The position numbers and the translations under genes are program-made. A DNA stretch of 61,792 nucleotides, filler included, from Dirinaria sp. TL-2023a (Eukaryota), in the NCBI GenBank assembly GCA_051941275.1. It is 3 parts of 3 records of this genome, joined end to end, with 100 filler letters (N's around TTAATTAATTAA, not from the genome) between each part and the next. Parts side by side here need not be neighbours in the genome. Positions count along the whole stretch, not along the records: positions 20,670 to 41,226 come from JAVEBF010000283.1; 2 more parts are not named here. One strand, written 5' to 3'. Shown here piece by piece: positions 25,127 through 38,021 of the stretch. The first letter of the stretch is position 1; each line of letters begins with the position of its first letter. The notes under the pieces are model-generated. The model did no database searches. It had not been told where the DNA came from and was given only the letters and a program-made list of their open reading frames with translations.

Positions 25127-25659
25127 GCTGTTTGTCGCAACACTTGTGAGAACGCTACTAACCCTAAGATAATAACGGTTTCGGGAACGCTAAACGAAGA
25201 TTCGAGACTGTTCGAGACCTGACGCTGCGACGACTCTGAATTTGTATCATCGATCGCTAAATCCGATCACTCTGATTAATCAGAGTGACTTTTCTAGTTT
25301 CAGTGACGAGTAAAGAGCAGTGCAATGCACTACAAAGGCATAGCATTTCCCGAAAATAATAAACGACTTCGATACTTGATGCTGCGACTAACTTTGTTCC
25401 GACAAACATATAGGAAGCCTTGCGTAGTTGCGCTATGTAAGCATCGATTTTCGATGACTGATATATCCGTCTGCATGTCGCTGACAGATGCATTTGTACA
25501 CTACATTGAGTGTTACTCGAGATGACGTGAGCCTTCGAAGTTACGATTATCTCCGTGGTTTCTCGTCGTTTATATATACTTGATGCAGTCAACAAATAGA
25601 TTCAAGTGCCAGACTTGGACGAACGGCTGAAAGGACGGATCCATGACACTGATGAAGAT

Positions 25660-26861
25660 ATGGCAAGATTCGGACATGCGACAAAGGGTGCAGAGATTGT
25701 TGAAGCTTTCAAAGACAATCTGAAAGGGAAATCCAGTAAGCTTCTATTGGTCCTGACTGGGATATTCATGGTTCATAAACGCTTTAGTCCTCATAACCGG
25801 TCCAAGTGATGGGGGCTTAGGTGCCGAAACGGCAGTGGCTATTGCTGCTAAATCTCCGTCTCAGATCATTCTCGCTGGTCGCTCCCTCGAAAAGATCCAG
25901 CCCGTCATCGAACGAATAAACACCGCAAACCCGGAAGTCGAGACAGATTTCATACCTCTTGACCTAAGTAGCCAGCACTCGGTACGGGAAGCCGCCGACA
26001 AAATTAATGAGAGCGTGGACAAGCTCGACATAGTGATCAACAATGCCGCCATTATGGCTTGCCCGTTTGCAAAGACTGTAGATGGTGTCGAGAGCCAGTT
26101 TGGGACAAACTACCTCGGCCACTTCTTGCTTACGAATTTGATCATGCCGCAGATTCTGGCTGCAGGACCAGGTTCGAGAATCGTCAATGTGTCTAGTTCT
26201 GCACACCGCATGTCTGACATTCGACTTAAAGATTTGAATTTTGAGGTGAGGTCGTCATACGCCGCGATGGTTTGCAGGTTGACGTAGACTAGGATGGAGC
26301 GACGTATCATGCATTCCAAGCGTACGGATCAGCTAAAACAGCAATCATATTGTTTTCCATCTCTTTGGCAGACCAACTGAAGAATAGGGGCATAGTCTCT
26401 GTTTCACTGCATCCTGGCTGTTAGTACTCTCCCCTCTCAAAGTTAGTAGAAAGACTTGTGGCAGTCGGCTAAACTCATTCATAGCTATTAAAACCCATCT
26501 ACAAGCCCATATGACACCAGAGAAAGGGCAAGAAGCTGCGGAAATGATCACAGCAAACATCGGTCGTGAGTACCTCGTTCGAGAATGAAGTGTTCTTCTG
26601 GAGTGCGTAGAAGAAATCGAAGCTGACGTAGTAGTTCTCAAAGGCCATTTCCCCATACCTGAGCCCAAAACTCTTGAACAAGGATGTGCCACAACTCTTG
26701 TAGGAGCATTAGATCCTGCAGTGTCCTCTGGTTCCTACTTAGAAGACTGCATGCTTGCAGCACCGGAAGCTTACGCGGTGGACAAAGTCAAGGCTCAACA
26801 GCTCTGGAGCTTAAGCGAGGATCTGGTGAAGCAACGTTTTCAATGGTATCTTGCTCTTTGA
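25660..26861 (+). CDS. Short-chain dehydrogenase/reductase (retinol-DH/WWOX-like)
   Basis: ITGPSDGGLG, INNAAIM, QFGTNYLGHFLLT, VNVSSSAH, YGSAK (YxxxK), LHPG, KTLEQGCAT, AQQLWSLSE; 5 exons. Confidence 0.9.
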
Positions 26862-28239
26862 AGAGGACTATTGTGAGAGTGAGGGCACGATCGTAGTGGT
26901 TTGGGTCGGAACCGATGGTTTGCAAAGTTGAATTGAACATCCGAAAGCTGATCTGATACTCTGAAGGGAATAGAATGGATCTGCAGCCCTGTTACCATGT
27001 CGCCAGCCGTCACCATTTGAAGGCCATAAGTGGACGGAGATTAGACTCGATAAAATTGTAGACATAGATGATGAGCATGATTTGCCAAAATAGCTTAAAA
27101 TAAATGAATTTTGTTTCGTGCTCAGAATTTTGTGCGAATGCATTAACAGAGAAAAAATTCAGGAGAAGTCATGTAAGTTAACGGCGCGATCTTCTCAGAT
27201 GACCGCTTGAGAAGCGTTGAGTGAGATACTAAGAGTGAAGTTTTCGAAGACGTATGCTTTTTCTTTTTCTTCAATTTGATAGCATTTTGCGAATCCTGAA
27301 TGTCTCTAGCTTTAAGAAGATTTACGAGATGCTCGGTAAAATAAGCGCGAATAGCGTTGTTGGGCTTCGTCAATTTTCGTGTTGTCAGTGGGTCTTTCGA
27401 AATTTACGTCTTCAAAGGGGTGGAATTTTGTCTGAGATTATCTATTCGGAACCGGTAGGAGCGCACATCCTGATCTTCAAGCGAGAGAAAAAAATAAAAA
27501 TGAGTTGAGAGCCATGATCACTTGAAGAAGACCATCATAACCTTAATACTAGGCCTCTTCCATAACCCGAGAAAAGCGAGCGACAAACGACGTGAAGCTG
27601 AGAAAGGAGGATTGGGCTTTGACGACAGAAAGGCCGAGAGTGCGCAATCAGAGAGAAGGGATGTCTTTCTCTTTTCGCATCTTGATCATAGAATAGAAGA
27701 TGAGAAACTCAACCATAACCCTGCTTCTCCGTTGCTGCGACTAGCAGCGATTTATCGCTTAGTCGACGGCTCAACGGTCGATAGCTCGAGACGTCTCTGG
27801 AAAGAGCAACAGATCCGATGGTCGTAGATTCTTATAATATGGCGATACTTCTGAAGACCGAGTTTAACGAAATGGAAATGTGAAGTATGGAAGCTGTGTG
27901 AAGCGTTTTTAGTCTTGGAGGGCCGGGGTCGATGTCTGCTGTCATTTCAATGGGACCAATTTTTAGGTATTTGGTTGAAGGGAGTTGAGTACATTAGCTA
28001 TACGTTACGTACCTACATGGCTTTGGAACGTTCATGTTGTAGACGTGGTACATCGCTGTTCTTGAGAACTTCGTATTTACACTTTCTTGTTCGCGCTGTG
28101 GTTATCGGCTCAGTGGATTTCACCTACGTTGGAATAAGAAGCCCTCTTCGCTGCAGCGACAAGTCCTTAACCAGGGCATCCCTCAACAGGAAGTATGAGA
28201 AGGCATCGGGCAGGATGTTCATCTTCAACACGGCCACAA

Positions 28240-29559
28240 CTATAAACTATTCATATTCCGAAAAGCCTTGTAGGCAGCTCCATCTTTCTCAAACATCTTC
28301 TTCAGATCGCGCACAAGTAATTCGGGACATTCATGGGCGTAGAAATGTCCGCCACGATCATTCCTCGCCTCATACACTACGTTCCCCAAAGTTCGGCCCC
28401 AAGTGTTCGGCACAACATAGATATCTCGGGGACTGTACGTCAGGCCAATGGGCACGTGGGGCTCGTACTCCCGCATCGCATCGTAAGTGCAGGCTGCCTT
28501 GCCATCATCACCCACGGGAGAGGTATGCTGCACCTCGTAGTAGATCCTGTGAGCCGCACCCGGCCCGGCGCGGCTGAAGTAGTAGATGCTGACCCAGGTC
28601 AAGATCTCGTCGTCGGTCCAGGGATAGCTGTCGGTCCAGTCGCGCAGTTTCTCGTAGATCCAGGCCAGCAGAGCCACGGGGGAGTCGTGCAGGGCGTATG
28701 CCAATGTTTGCGGTTTGGTCGATTGCTCGAGATTGTATCCTTCAATAAACCATTTCCCATCAGCTTCTCTCTCGCAGCGACTTCAATAAGCCATCTCACG
28801 CAGTATTTAATAATAATAATTTTTTTTTTTTAAAAAAATGGGCTTACCCCTTCCCTCATCCTCGAACCACTGCGTCCGCTCCAACCCGGCCTTGTCCTCT
28901 CCCTCATACACCTTCCTCTTCTCCGCGCTCGGCGCGTTCGCGCACACCATATTGAAATGACTTGCTCTGCAACTCCCCGGGTAGAGCCGGCCCATGGCTC
29001 TCGTGATCCAGAATCCCCAGTCCCCGGCCTGCGTCACATACCGCTCATACCCCAGCTTCAGCATCAACTTGTGGCACGTCTCCGCATACTGGGCCAGTCC
29101 AAACCCTCGCTTCGAGACGCCCTGGCTAAAGCCATAATTTGGCAAGGAGGGCGCTACGACATGGAACTTTGGTTCATCGTCTGAGCTGCTCGTGCTGGAG
29201 AGGAGCGGGAGAATCTTCAACACTTCCATATACGATCCTGGCCAGCCGTGTACGAAGAGCAGCGGGATTGCATCTTTGCTCGGAGAGCGCTGGTGCACGA
29301 AATGGATATCCAAGGCTTCAAACCCATCCACGGAGATGTCGGTGTGGAACTGTGGATACCGGTTCAATGAGCGCTCCGCCGCCGCCCAATCCCACTCTTG
29401 CCACGCTTTTGTCAGGCGCTGGATTTCGGACAGGGGTATTCCGAGATCCCAGCCTGAGTTGGAGAGTTCGTCTGGGAAATCGGCGAGGGAGAGCTTTTGC
29501 TTGAGTCTGGCGACATGGGATGGTGGGGTGGAGATCTGGAATGGTTGGGGAGAAGTCAT
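28240..29559 (-). CDS. Microsomal-type epoxide hydrolase (alpha/beta hydrolase)
   Basis: IHFVH, HGWPGS, PSLPNYGFS, nucleophile QAGDWG, DSPVALLAWIYEK, GGHFYAHECP; one intron ~28847-28740. Confidence 0.93.
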
Positions 29560-30230
29560 TTTTTACCTACTTCTACTTTACTAGGTAGTTTCAGGATACC
29601 TTATCATTCGATTGGTCCAGAAATCCCATCCACACTTGCGCGATTTGATAAGGAGAGGGGAAGAAGATGGTGAAATGGCATAAGTAAGCTCTAAGAGTGA
29701 TGAATGAGAGGTGACGATGGCCTCACGATAATACTTAAGTACAGTAAGGTCATACCTTATCCACACTCCACGATCCTGGTCCCAGACTGCGTCAATGGCG
29801 GCAATACCTTAAGGTACCCTTATCAATATCCTTGTCTGGCGGGGTAAAGGAAGCCTTTTCTGTTTCTACAGTCAAATTGCAGTCACTGAATGAGTCACAG
29901 ATGAACGCTTTGACGATGTGCCTGATTTGGTCACGGCCCGGACGAATCCCCGGATTACTAAGCATGCGTTCACAGTGCGCAATCGGAGTCGGGACTCGGC
30001 GGAGTAAAAACCCCAAAAACCCCACCAAAAATTACAGTACCTTAAGGTAGCCCTATCAAAACCCCGATCTAGCATGGGTGACCATCCTCCTGCACTTCTA
30101 CCTTCTCTTCTCTACATAAAGTAGATAAGGAGCATCTGTAATAACCCATATAAGAGGTGGAAAGCTTGAGTTGTCCGATTTTTTCCTTTCTTTCTTTTCC
30201 AAGCTGAGTCTTGAATGACGGAAACAAAAT

Positions 30231-32194
30231 ATGGCTGCACTTTTAGATCGATCACGCTGGAGCCAATGGCTCAGGACCGCCCGCCATCCCCCCAAATATC
30301 TCACTGCTTCCATCTTCGTCTCTTTGGGCGGTCTTCTGAACGGGTAGGTTTCCTGATACCCTGTGTGATAGTGATGCGGTTACAACAATCAAACTCCATG
30401 CTCCTTACGCTACCGGTTTCTGACTTTTGAAAATTTCAAGGCTCGACACCAGCACCATCGGCCCAGTGATCGTGATGCCGTCTTTTAAGGAAGGCTTTGG
30501 TAATCTGTCGTCTTCAATGGAAGGCTTTGTCGTTTCTTCACTTCTCATTCCAGCTACCATCACCGCATTGTTTGCCGGCGCCGTGTCCGATAGCCTAGGT
30601 CGCACCCGGGCTCTGGCAATTGGTGCCTTTCTCTTTGCCGTTGGAGCTGCGTTCGAAGCCGGGGCTGTTCATCTGGCTATGCTGATCCTGGGACGATGCA
30701 TCGTTGGTATTGGTGAAGGTCTTTTTCTCAGCGCCATGATTGTGTAAGTTTCCGAGATTCTCCTAGGGTTGAGCTATGCTATAACGCCACTCAGGTATGT
30801 CTGTGAGATCGCGCCGCCCAAGCATCGGGGTCCCCTGGTGACCACTATTCAGCTCTTCATTACAATGGGTCTGTGTCTCGGCTTCTTTACGACTTATGGC
30901 ACAGTTGCGATACCGTCCTCGTTGTCTTGGCGCTTGCCCCTGGCACTGCATTCTGGTATCGCGTTCGTATTGATGATAGCTTCGACCTTCTACTTGCCCG
31001 AGTCTCCACGATGGCTGTCCTACAAAGGTCGCAAGCAAGAAGCCAGTAAAGCCTGGGACATCTTGGGCGTCTCCGGAGCAGAGCGAGAGAAAGACCTACA
31101 GCTCAATCCGGCAGGCGCAACGCCTGCAGGTGAGCCTGTCGAGGCTGTAGTCTCTTCACACCCTTCAGTCCCTAAAAAGACATTACGGAGCAGAATGCGG
31201 AGGAATTATGAAGATATTGCAGCAATTTTTAAGAAAGATGTTCGAAAACCGACACTCTTAGGGATCTTCTTGATGTCAATGCAGCAGCTCAGCGGTATTG
31301 ACGGTGTCATCTATGTCCGTACTTGATATGATCTACGAAGTTTCCATATTTCGAGATGTCCTTCCAAAGACAACCACTAACATTCAACATAGTATGCACC
31401 GCTGCTTTTCCAGCAAGCCGGTCTCAGCTCGTCCGAAGCTAGCTTCCTCGCTTCGGGGGTTTCGGCAATTTGCATCTTTGTCTTTACAATTTTGGCCGTG
31501 ATTTTCGTGGATCGCTGGGGTCGTCGACCTTCAACCATCTATGGCGGACTTATACTCTCCGTGTGTATGGCAGTCATGGGGATCTTGTACGCCAGCAAAA
31601 ATGTCCATCCAACAAGTGGCATAGGCCGTTGGATCGTGATCCTGATGATCTATATTTTTGCTATTGTGTATTCCATGAGTAAGTGAAAACTACTACTGGC
31701 GGTGGGAAGTTCTAAGCTGATGGCTGTGACAGCCTGGGCAATTGGAGTAAAGCTACTCGCTTCAGAGATTCAGCCCGTGGCGACCCGGGCTACGGCACAA
31801 AGTATAGGCCAAAGCGCTAATTGCGTAAGTTTGACTACAATATTATAATATCGATGTCGCTGACTCCTCGATTCAGATTTCCAACTTCTTCGTGGCCTTT
31901 ATTACACCCGTTTTGCTCTCTAGCTCCTCGTCAGCTTTCTATTTCCTTTTTGGAGGCGCAGTCATGATTACAGTCGGAGTCAGCATAATGTATATGCCTG
32001 AAACCAAAGGCCGAGACTTAGAAACCATCGGTGAAGCGTTTGCGACGCACAGTGCAAGCGAAATGCCACTGGTCGTCGGATTCAAGCGTTTAGTTAGTTG
32101 CTTTGCGAAAATGGCCGGGATCGGCAATGAAGCTCGAGGGTCCGAATCCGGGTCGAATGAGCAACATATTGCTTTAGAGACCTTGGCATCATAG
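30231..32194 (+). CDS. MFS sugar porter
   Basis: LGGLLNG/LDT, SDSLGR, EIAPPKHRG, PESPRWL, QQLSGIDGV, VDRWGRR, PETKG; multi-exon. Confidence 0.92.
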
Positions 32195-32286
32195 GAAGGA
32201 AGGCTTCAGGGACAGAAGTTGGTTCTCATGAGGTTGATGAATACAATACTCAACAATGTCGTGGTGCCCTCCAAGCGCCATCTGGC

Positions 32287-33036
32287 TTATTCTTTCGAGA
32301 CCTCCATCAAACTAAAATGGGGTTTTTCAACCAACCTATGCCAGGAGTCCTCGCTGTTGTCAGGCAATACCGCTGATCTCCAGATCACTTTACCATTCAT
32401 GCCACCTACTCTGCCCGCTGTCTCATAGACACTCTTCCTCAAATGATAAGAATCGAATTCGATATTTTTTGGCCCCGCAACAATGATAACACGCACTGCA
32501 GCCCCATCCTCGACCTCACCAGTCAATCGGCTCGCTACGCCGCCGTATTGCTCAGGATCGATCTCTGCGAGCTTCTCAGTCCACTGAAGCGGCTCGTTAG
32601 TAGGGGGCGGCGTGATGCCCACGAACCGACCGCCGTTCGTCAGATTCATGGCTATGGTTCGAAACATGTCCCCCATCTCTACCCCATTAGGTGCATAGCT
32701 CAGCAGCCAGACGGCAAGGACCAGATCGAACGGTCCTCCCTCGAAGGTTCTCGGCTTCGAACAATCATGCACGTGAAAGCTGATCTGATCTGAAGTATAC
32801 TTGACTCTTGCAACATCGATCATTACTGGAGATATATCTACCCCCACAACCTTCTCAGCTCCCATTTCGAGCATTCGGTTTGAGTAATGCCCGCTTCCGC
32901 AGGCAAGATCAAGCACTTTGGCACCTTTGACGTATGGTGACACCGAAGTCTCCACATTGTACTGAGTGAGTAGAGCGTTAGGTAGCTTCTGGTATGAATC
33001 GTAGGAAGCGCCGATACTATCGTATTGGGTTGACAT
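32287..33036 (-). CDS. Class I SAM-dependent small-molecule methyltransferase (ToxA-like), intronless
   Basis: VLDLACGSG, VVGVDISPVMI, FDLVLAVWLLSYA, GGRFVG; 249 aa. Confidence 0.88.
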   Translation of the reverse strand: MSTQYDSIGASYDSYQKLPNALLTQYNVETSVSPYVKGAKVLDLACGSGHYSNRMLEMGAEKVVGVDISPVMIDVARVKYTSDQISFHVHDCSKPRTFEGGPFDLVLAVWLLSYAPNGVEMGDMFRTIAMNLTNGGRFVGITPPPTNEPLQWTEKLAEIDPEQYGGVASRLTGEVEDGAAVRVIIVAGPKNIEFDSYHLRKSVYETAGRVGGMNGKVIWRSAVLPDNSEDSWHRLVEKPHFSLMEVSKE

Positions 33037-34088
33037 GATCTCTTAATGTGATAAAATCAGCTCCCCAGTCTCGAGAAAAGATTAGACTGACCTTAGATGA
33101 CTCTTTTGGTCTTGATTTTGGTTCATGATGTATACAGGTGAAATCTTCAATGAGGGGTAATTAACGTCACAGTGCAGCTTACGGTTATATGTCTCTTTTA
33201 ATCATTGGCTATATGGAAAAAAATTTGTCCGAGATCTTCGGAGTACAGCAATCATGAAGCTAGCTGATCACTGACTCTGTCTATAAGGAATAAATCTCAT
33301 TCTTACCCTCTGGGCCCCTTGAACTTGGCTTCGAAACCGGACAAGAGTCGGGGTTGAATCGCCTGCGAGAACGTATTCCAAAGGCCCATCTCATATCAGC
33401 TTACGATAGATGTTCGTAAGCCGAATTTTGGGAAGTATGTAAAAGACGTCCTATTCAAAAACCGGTAATTGCTTGACGGACATTCTGGGCCATCTGTGAT
33501 CCGCGAGCACGAGGACTTTCGATCAAGGAATTTTTAGTCGACCAATATGATCCAGAGTCCTCCATTGAACTGTCTATCGCACATGATACCTGCGAGCTAT
33601 TGAACAATGAATTGTCTAACGCTCTAAACCGAGGCCTCCTACTAAAACGAAGAAGGATTTTGAGGTGATTCCAAAAAGACATCGCTTGGCCACAAAATTG
33701 CGTATGGAATGATTAAGCACAGTATGGACTACGAAGAGCAGAGAAGCCAAGAAACCGCTGTCAACCATCGTCTCGCACTGAGCTTTAGTACGACTTCACG
33801 CCTGCTTTGTGGTCTTCGTTGTGCTCTTTTATCGGCTCGTTCCGTGTGATCTTTACTCATCATTGGTGCGCTTGTATCTTCTAGCTATCCCGTCCTATTC
33901 TTTGCTTAGCGAGTTATGGCACAGTACTAGATCAACTAGCTTCACTGATCCTCTGATCAAAAGCTACATATATCCTCATATCTCCTCTTATCTGTTCTTT
34001 CCAAAGTGTGTCAAATTGCCTGCTTTTCAACCAGAATTGAGAATCATAAGAGTTATATACGTTTGTTGTATCTGCTGAGGTGGTCGTG

Positions 34089-35803
34089 ATGGTTTCTTTA
34101 CTTTCCTGCGCGCTGTTGAGTCTCCTATTCAGCTGTTGCTATGTTTTATATTTAGCTACAATCAGGCTATACTTGAGCCCAGTGGCATCTATCCCAGGGC
34201 CAAGATTGGCGGCGTTGTCTTTCTGGTACGAGTTTTACTATGACGTGGTTCTTGGTGGGCGATACACGTGGAAGATTGCAGACCTGCACGAGCAATATGG
34301 ACCTATCGTTCGAATCAGCCCTTTTGAGCTTCATATCAATGATCCAGACTTCTATGATGAAGTGTACGTTGCGGGCGGTAAGCGAAAGACTGACCAGTGG
34401 TCTTGGACGGTGAGTTCAGAGGTTTTGTCGCTTTGCTTTAGACCTTCAGGCACCCTTAAAGAAACCTCGATTTGCATTTCCAGCAGGGTTGAGACAGATA
34501 GATCGCCAAAAAGGACCATTCAATGCAAAAACATGTATCAATTCATATCGCTCATGACAGGCGCTTACGAGTGCCAAAGGTCCCCATGTTTGGTACTCCA
34601 AATAGTATACTCGCCACCATAGAGCATGATGTACATCGCCGACGGCGCAATGCCTACGCAAACTACTTCTCCAAGCAGTCGATCAACAAATACAGCGACG
34701 TGATCCAAGCGGCCGTAGACAAGCTGTGCGACAAATTCTCCAAATGTCAAAAAAGCCAAAAAAAGATCAATCTGATGCATGCCTACAGCGCGATGACCGG
34801 GGACGTGGTGACCGAATACTGCTTCCCCAAATCGTACGGCTTGCTCGACCAGCCTGATTTCGCACCTGACTACCACGATTTGTGGGTCTCTATCACCGGC
34901 AATAGCCATGTGCTCAAACAATTCCCCTGGATGTTCCCACTTATGCTTTCTTTTCCGGACTGGTTCGTTGAGCGATACCTTCCAGATCTAGCAGTGACAT
35001 ACAAATGGCATCGCGAATGGCGCAAGCAGATTCAAGCCACCAAAGACGGATCGTATGCAAACGACGGTGCAGACAAAGAAAAGCGCTGCGGACGACCCAG
35101 TATCTTCGAAACGCTATTAGACTCAGAACTGCCACCATTCGATAAATCCGTCTCACGACTCGTGGAAGATGCTCAAACAATGGTTGGAGCGGGATCCATC
35201 ACCACGAGTCTCGCCCTCGCGCTTGGAACATACTACATCGCCTCCGACGCCCGCATCCTCTCCAGGCTCATGACAGAACTCGAAACCGCAATGCCCTCAC
35301 CATCCGCAAAACCACTCCCCCTCTCCGATCTCGAGAAACTCCCCTACCTCACAGCCATACAGCTCGAGATCCTGCGCATCAGCTACGGCGTCTCGCACCG
35401 TCTCCAGCGCGTCTGCCCCGACCGCGCGATCCACTACCACGACCACATTCTCCCCCCCGGAACGCCCATCAGCATGAGCAGCGTACATATTCACGACAAC
35501 GCGGCCATCTTCCCCAACCCTCGAACATTCACCCCCGAGCGCTGGCTGCCTTTGGAAAGCAAGGGTCAGCGATTGCAGAAGTATCTCGTCGCGTTCAGCC
35601 GTGGCTCCCGACAGTGTTTGGGAATGCATCTGGGGTCGGCGGAGCTTCTGATGGGCATCGCGGGAGTTTTTCGAAGGTGGGGGAGACAGATGCAGGTGGT
35701 GGACACGCAGTGGGAAAGGGATGTGAGAATTCAACGGGATTTCTTTGTGCCGATGATGGGTAGTGAGGCGAGGGGGATTTTTGTGAGATTGAATGAGGAG
35801 TAG
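34089..35803 (+). CDS. Cytochrome P450 (trichodiene-oxygenase-like group)
   Basis: N-terminal [51 protein letters not shown]; intron 34410-34579. Confidence 0.93.
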
Positions 35804-36297
35804 ATGAATGGGATGTTGGGTCCGAATCTTGTGCAGGTCTCTGGACGCCGGACGGAAGTTGATTACGGTAGCTCGTTGTGATGGTTATTATGGCCATCAT
35901 GGACAACATGGACAACTTGACTAGCAATGTTTTACTGTTCCGGAGCCTGCTTAGCCTTACACTTGGAATCAAGCCTGCATCAGGCTGCCTTAATCGAGGT
36001 GCGTCAAAGTACGGCATGTTCGTTGAACGATTGGGCAGGAGTGAAGTACCAATACGGCAAGTGAAGCGAGAAGGCAAGAATAGCCTTTGATAAAGCAGTT
36101 CTAAGCGCGTGCCAAGCCTCCGGTGTCTCAGGCAAAATCGACATGAGGAATTTGGTAGGCTTGAGATCGATTGCAGTGTTACAACATTTTTTATATGCCA
36201 TGCCGTGCTGCCTGCACACACTCTTGATCTACTACTGGTTCTAGTTACGGCTCTAGAGCCTGTTCAATCGTCGTCTCCGGCATATAAAGCGCTCAGC

Positions 36298-38021
36298 ATG
36301 GCTCGAGTCTCTGATCAGTCTCGCGAGCCGCTGTTGCGAACCCCACCCTCAAGCAGCACACCTCCGAACCCCACAAGCCAGAGTCGAAAGCGCAAAAGAG
36401 ATCAGAAAGCTTCGGCATTAGAGTCCAGCATTTCGAAACGAACGCGGCAGTCCACTCGGGCAGCACTTGAACTAACCCAGCCAAATCCCCAGAGTCCTGC
36501 CAAAGCTCACACTGACGGAGTTCATAAATCTCGCCAATCCGACCGTTTCCCTTTGAGCCCATCTCGACCTTCAGATCACGAAGAACCATCTTTACGAGAT
36601 TCCAAACCTCCCCGTTTTAAAGCACAACCTTCCCCTCCAAAGCCTGACCATCCGAACACACACACAGCCTCGAACCTGCCTACCAGCTCCTCGAAGCTAG
36701 AGACACAACCTACAGAGGCTGACGGCAAGACTGGCTGTGAAGACGTTAGCAAAAAGACCGAAGCATACATCGCAGACGGCAGAAGCGAGGGCAGCGGGCA
36801 GCGGGGTCATCCAATCTCTCATCAAGTCCACCAGAGCAAGAGTCCAATCACTTCGATCGGTCATTGGGTATTGGAAGGCGATTGGCCCAGAGAACACTCT
36901 CTAGAAGAGTACCCAATGAACCCACCACTGCCTAAGAAGCGCTCGCATTCGACGCTCAGGGATCAAATCTCGTCGGAAGCATCCGATGTCTCCTCGAAGG
37001 AAAAAACGTACAAAGTCCGCAGTTTCTAGTGCTCTTGAAAGCTGCTGGGATCTACATGGAAAACTATTCAATACAGCCGACGGAGTCATGTAAGGGCATG
37101 TGTACACAGCTGCTTCGAGCCGAGCAGAAGCTTCCAGAGGAATCATTGTTCAGCAACGAGGTTTTTCCTTCGGTGGTCGAGGAACTTCAATTGGAGAACG
37201 AGGCAATGGTTTTCGATGACATTACGCCGCTCATAGCTCAACGGGTTGAGCGTTTATGCGCTTGGGGTGCTGAACATCTGAAGTATTTGCATGGCCACAT
37301 AAACATGGCTTGGGGCCGGTCAATACCATTAGTCGCTACACCTCCACAGCCAGATTATTGTGTGGGCCTAGGCCTGAACGCATTTACTCAAGTGCAATAT
37401 CAAACTTTGAGAGCTCTTATAGGTGGAAGGGAACGAAATCCGCTCATGGCTTCGTTCTTGATGTTCTTTCCCTTTTTCACATGCATGGTCAAGGCTACTG
37501 GGGTAGGCCTCGGGGTAGCGAATAGACAGAATATATCGAGTGGTAGTGTTGCTGTCAATGCCCTCGTCACGCTTTATCGGGCAGCGGGTCGTGAGAAGGA
37601 ACTCGACAAGAAAATCCTGGCATTCTCAATTTCCCACGACGACAAAACCTTCGAGATATACGGTCACTACGCCTCATTGGAAACGCCAGAACCACGCTTC
37701 TATCAATATTCCATCAGGAGGGCGTACTTCGCAGAACAGGAGGATAGGTGGACGGCTTACAGATTTACTCGCAACGTGTACGACGTGTTCGCACCCATAC
37801 ATCTAAAAAGAGTGTGCGATGTTCTAGATTCGCTGCCGGAAAGCGCTTCGATCTGGAATCAAGGGTTTGCCTATCAACCTACGGGTAGCGAGAAAAGTAG
37901 GACTGAGTCTATCCAAGCAAGTGAGGCTCAAGTTCCCGCACCAGTCACACCGCCTTCGCCCGCTATAGAGGACGAGACCTTTCAAAAGCCCAAAAGTGCA
38001 CGTAGAAAGGGGAAGAAGTAA
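36298..38021 (+). pseudogene. DUF7924-like fungal protein (PD-(D/E)XK-like core) with a frameshift near 37013
   Basis: Disordered N-terminal ORF switches frame at TACAAAGTCCG into the ORF containing PQPDYCVG, FPFFTCMVK, NRQN, ILAFSISHD, IYGHY. One extra A would give YKSPQFLVLLK. Confidence 0.7.

Noticed and set aside
27143..27827. Possible RIP-decayed transposon relic
   Set aside because: No terminal repeats or transposase/RT motifs recognisable.
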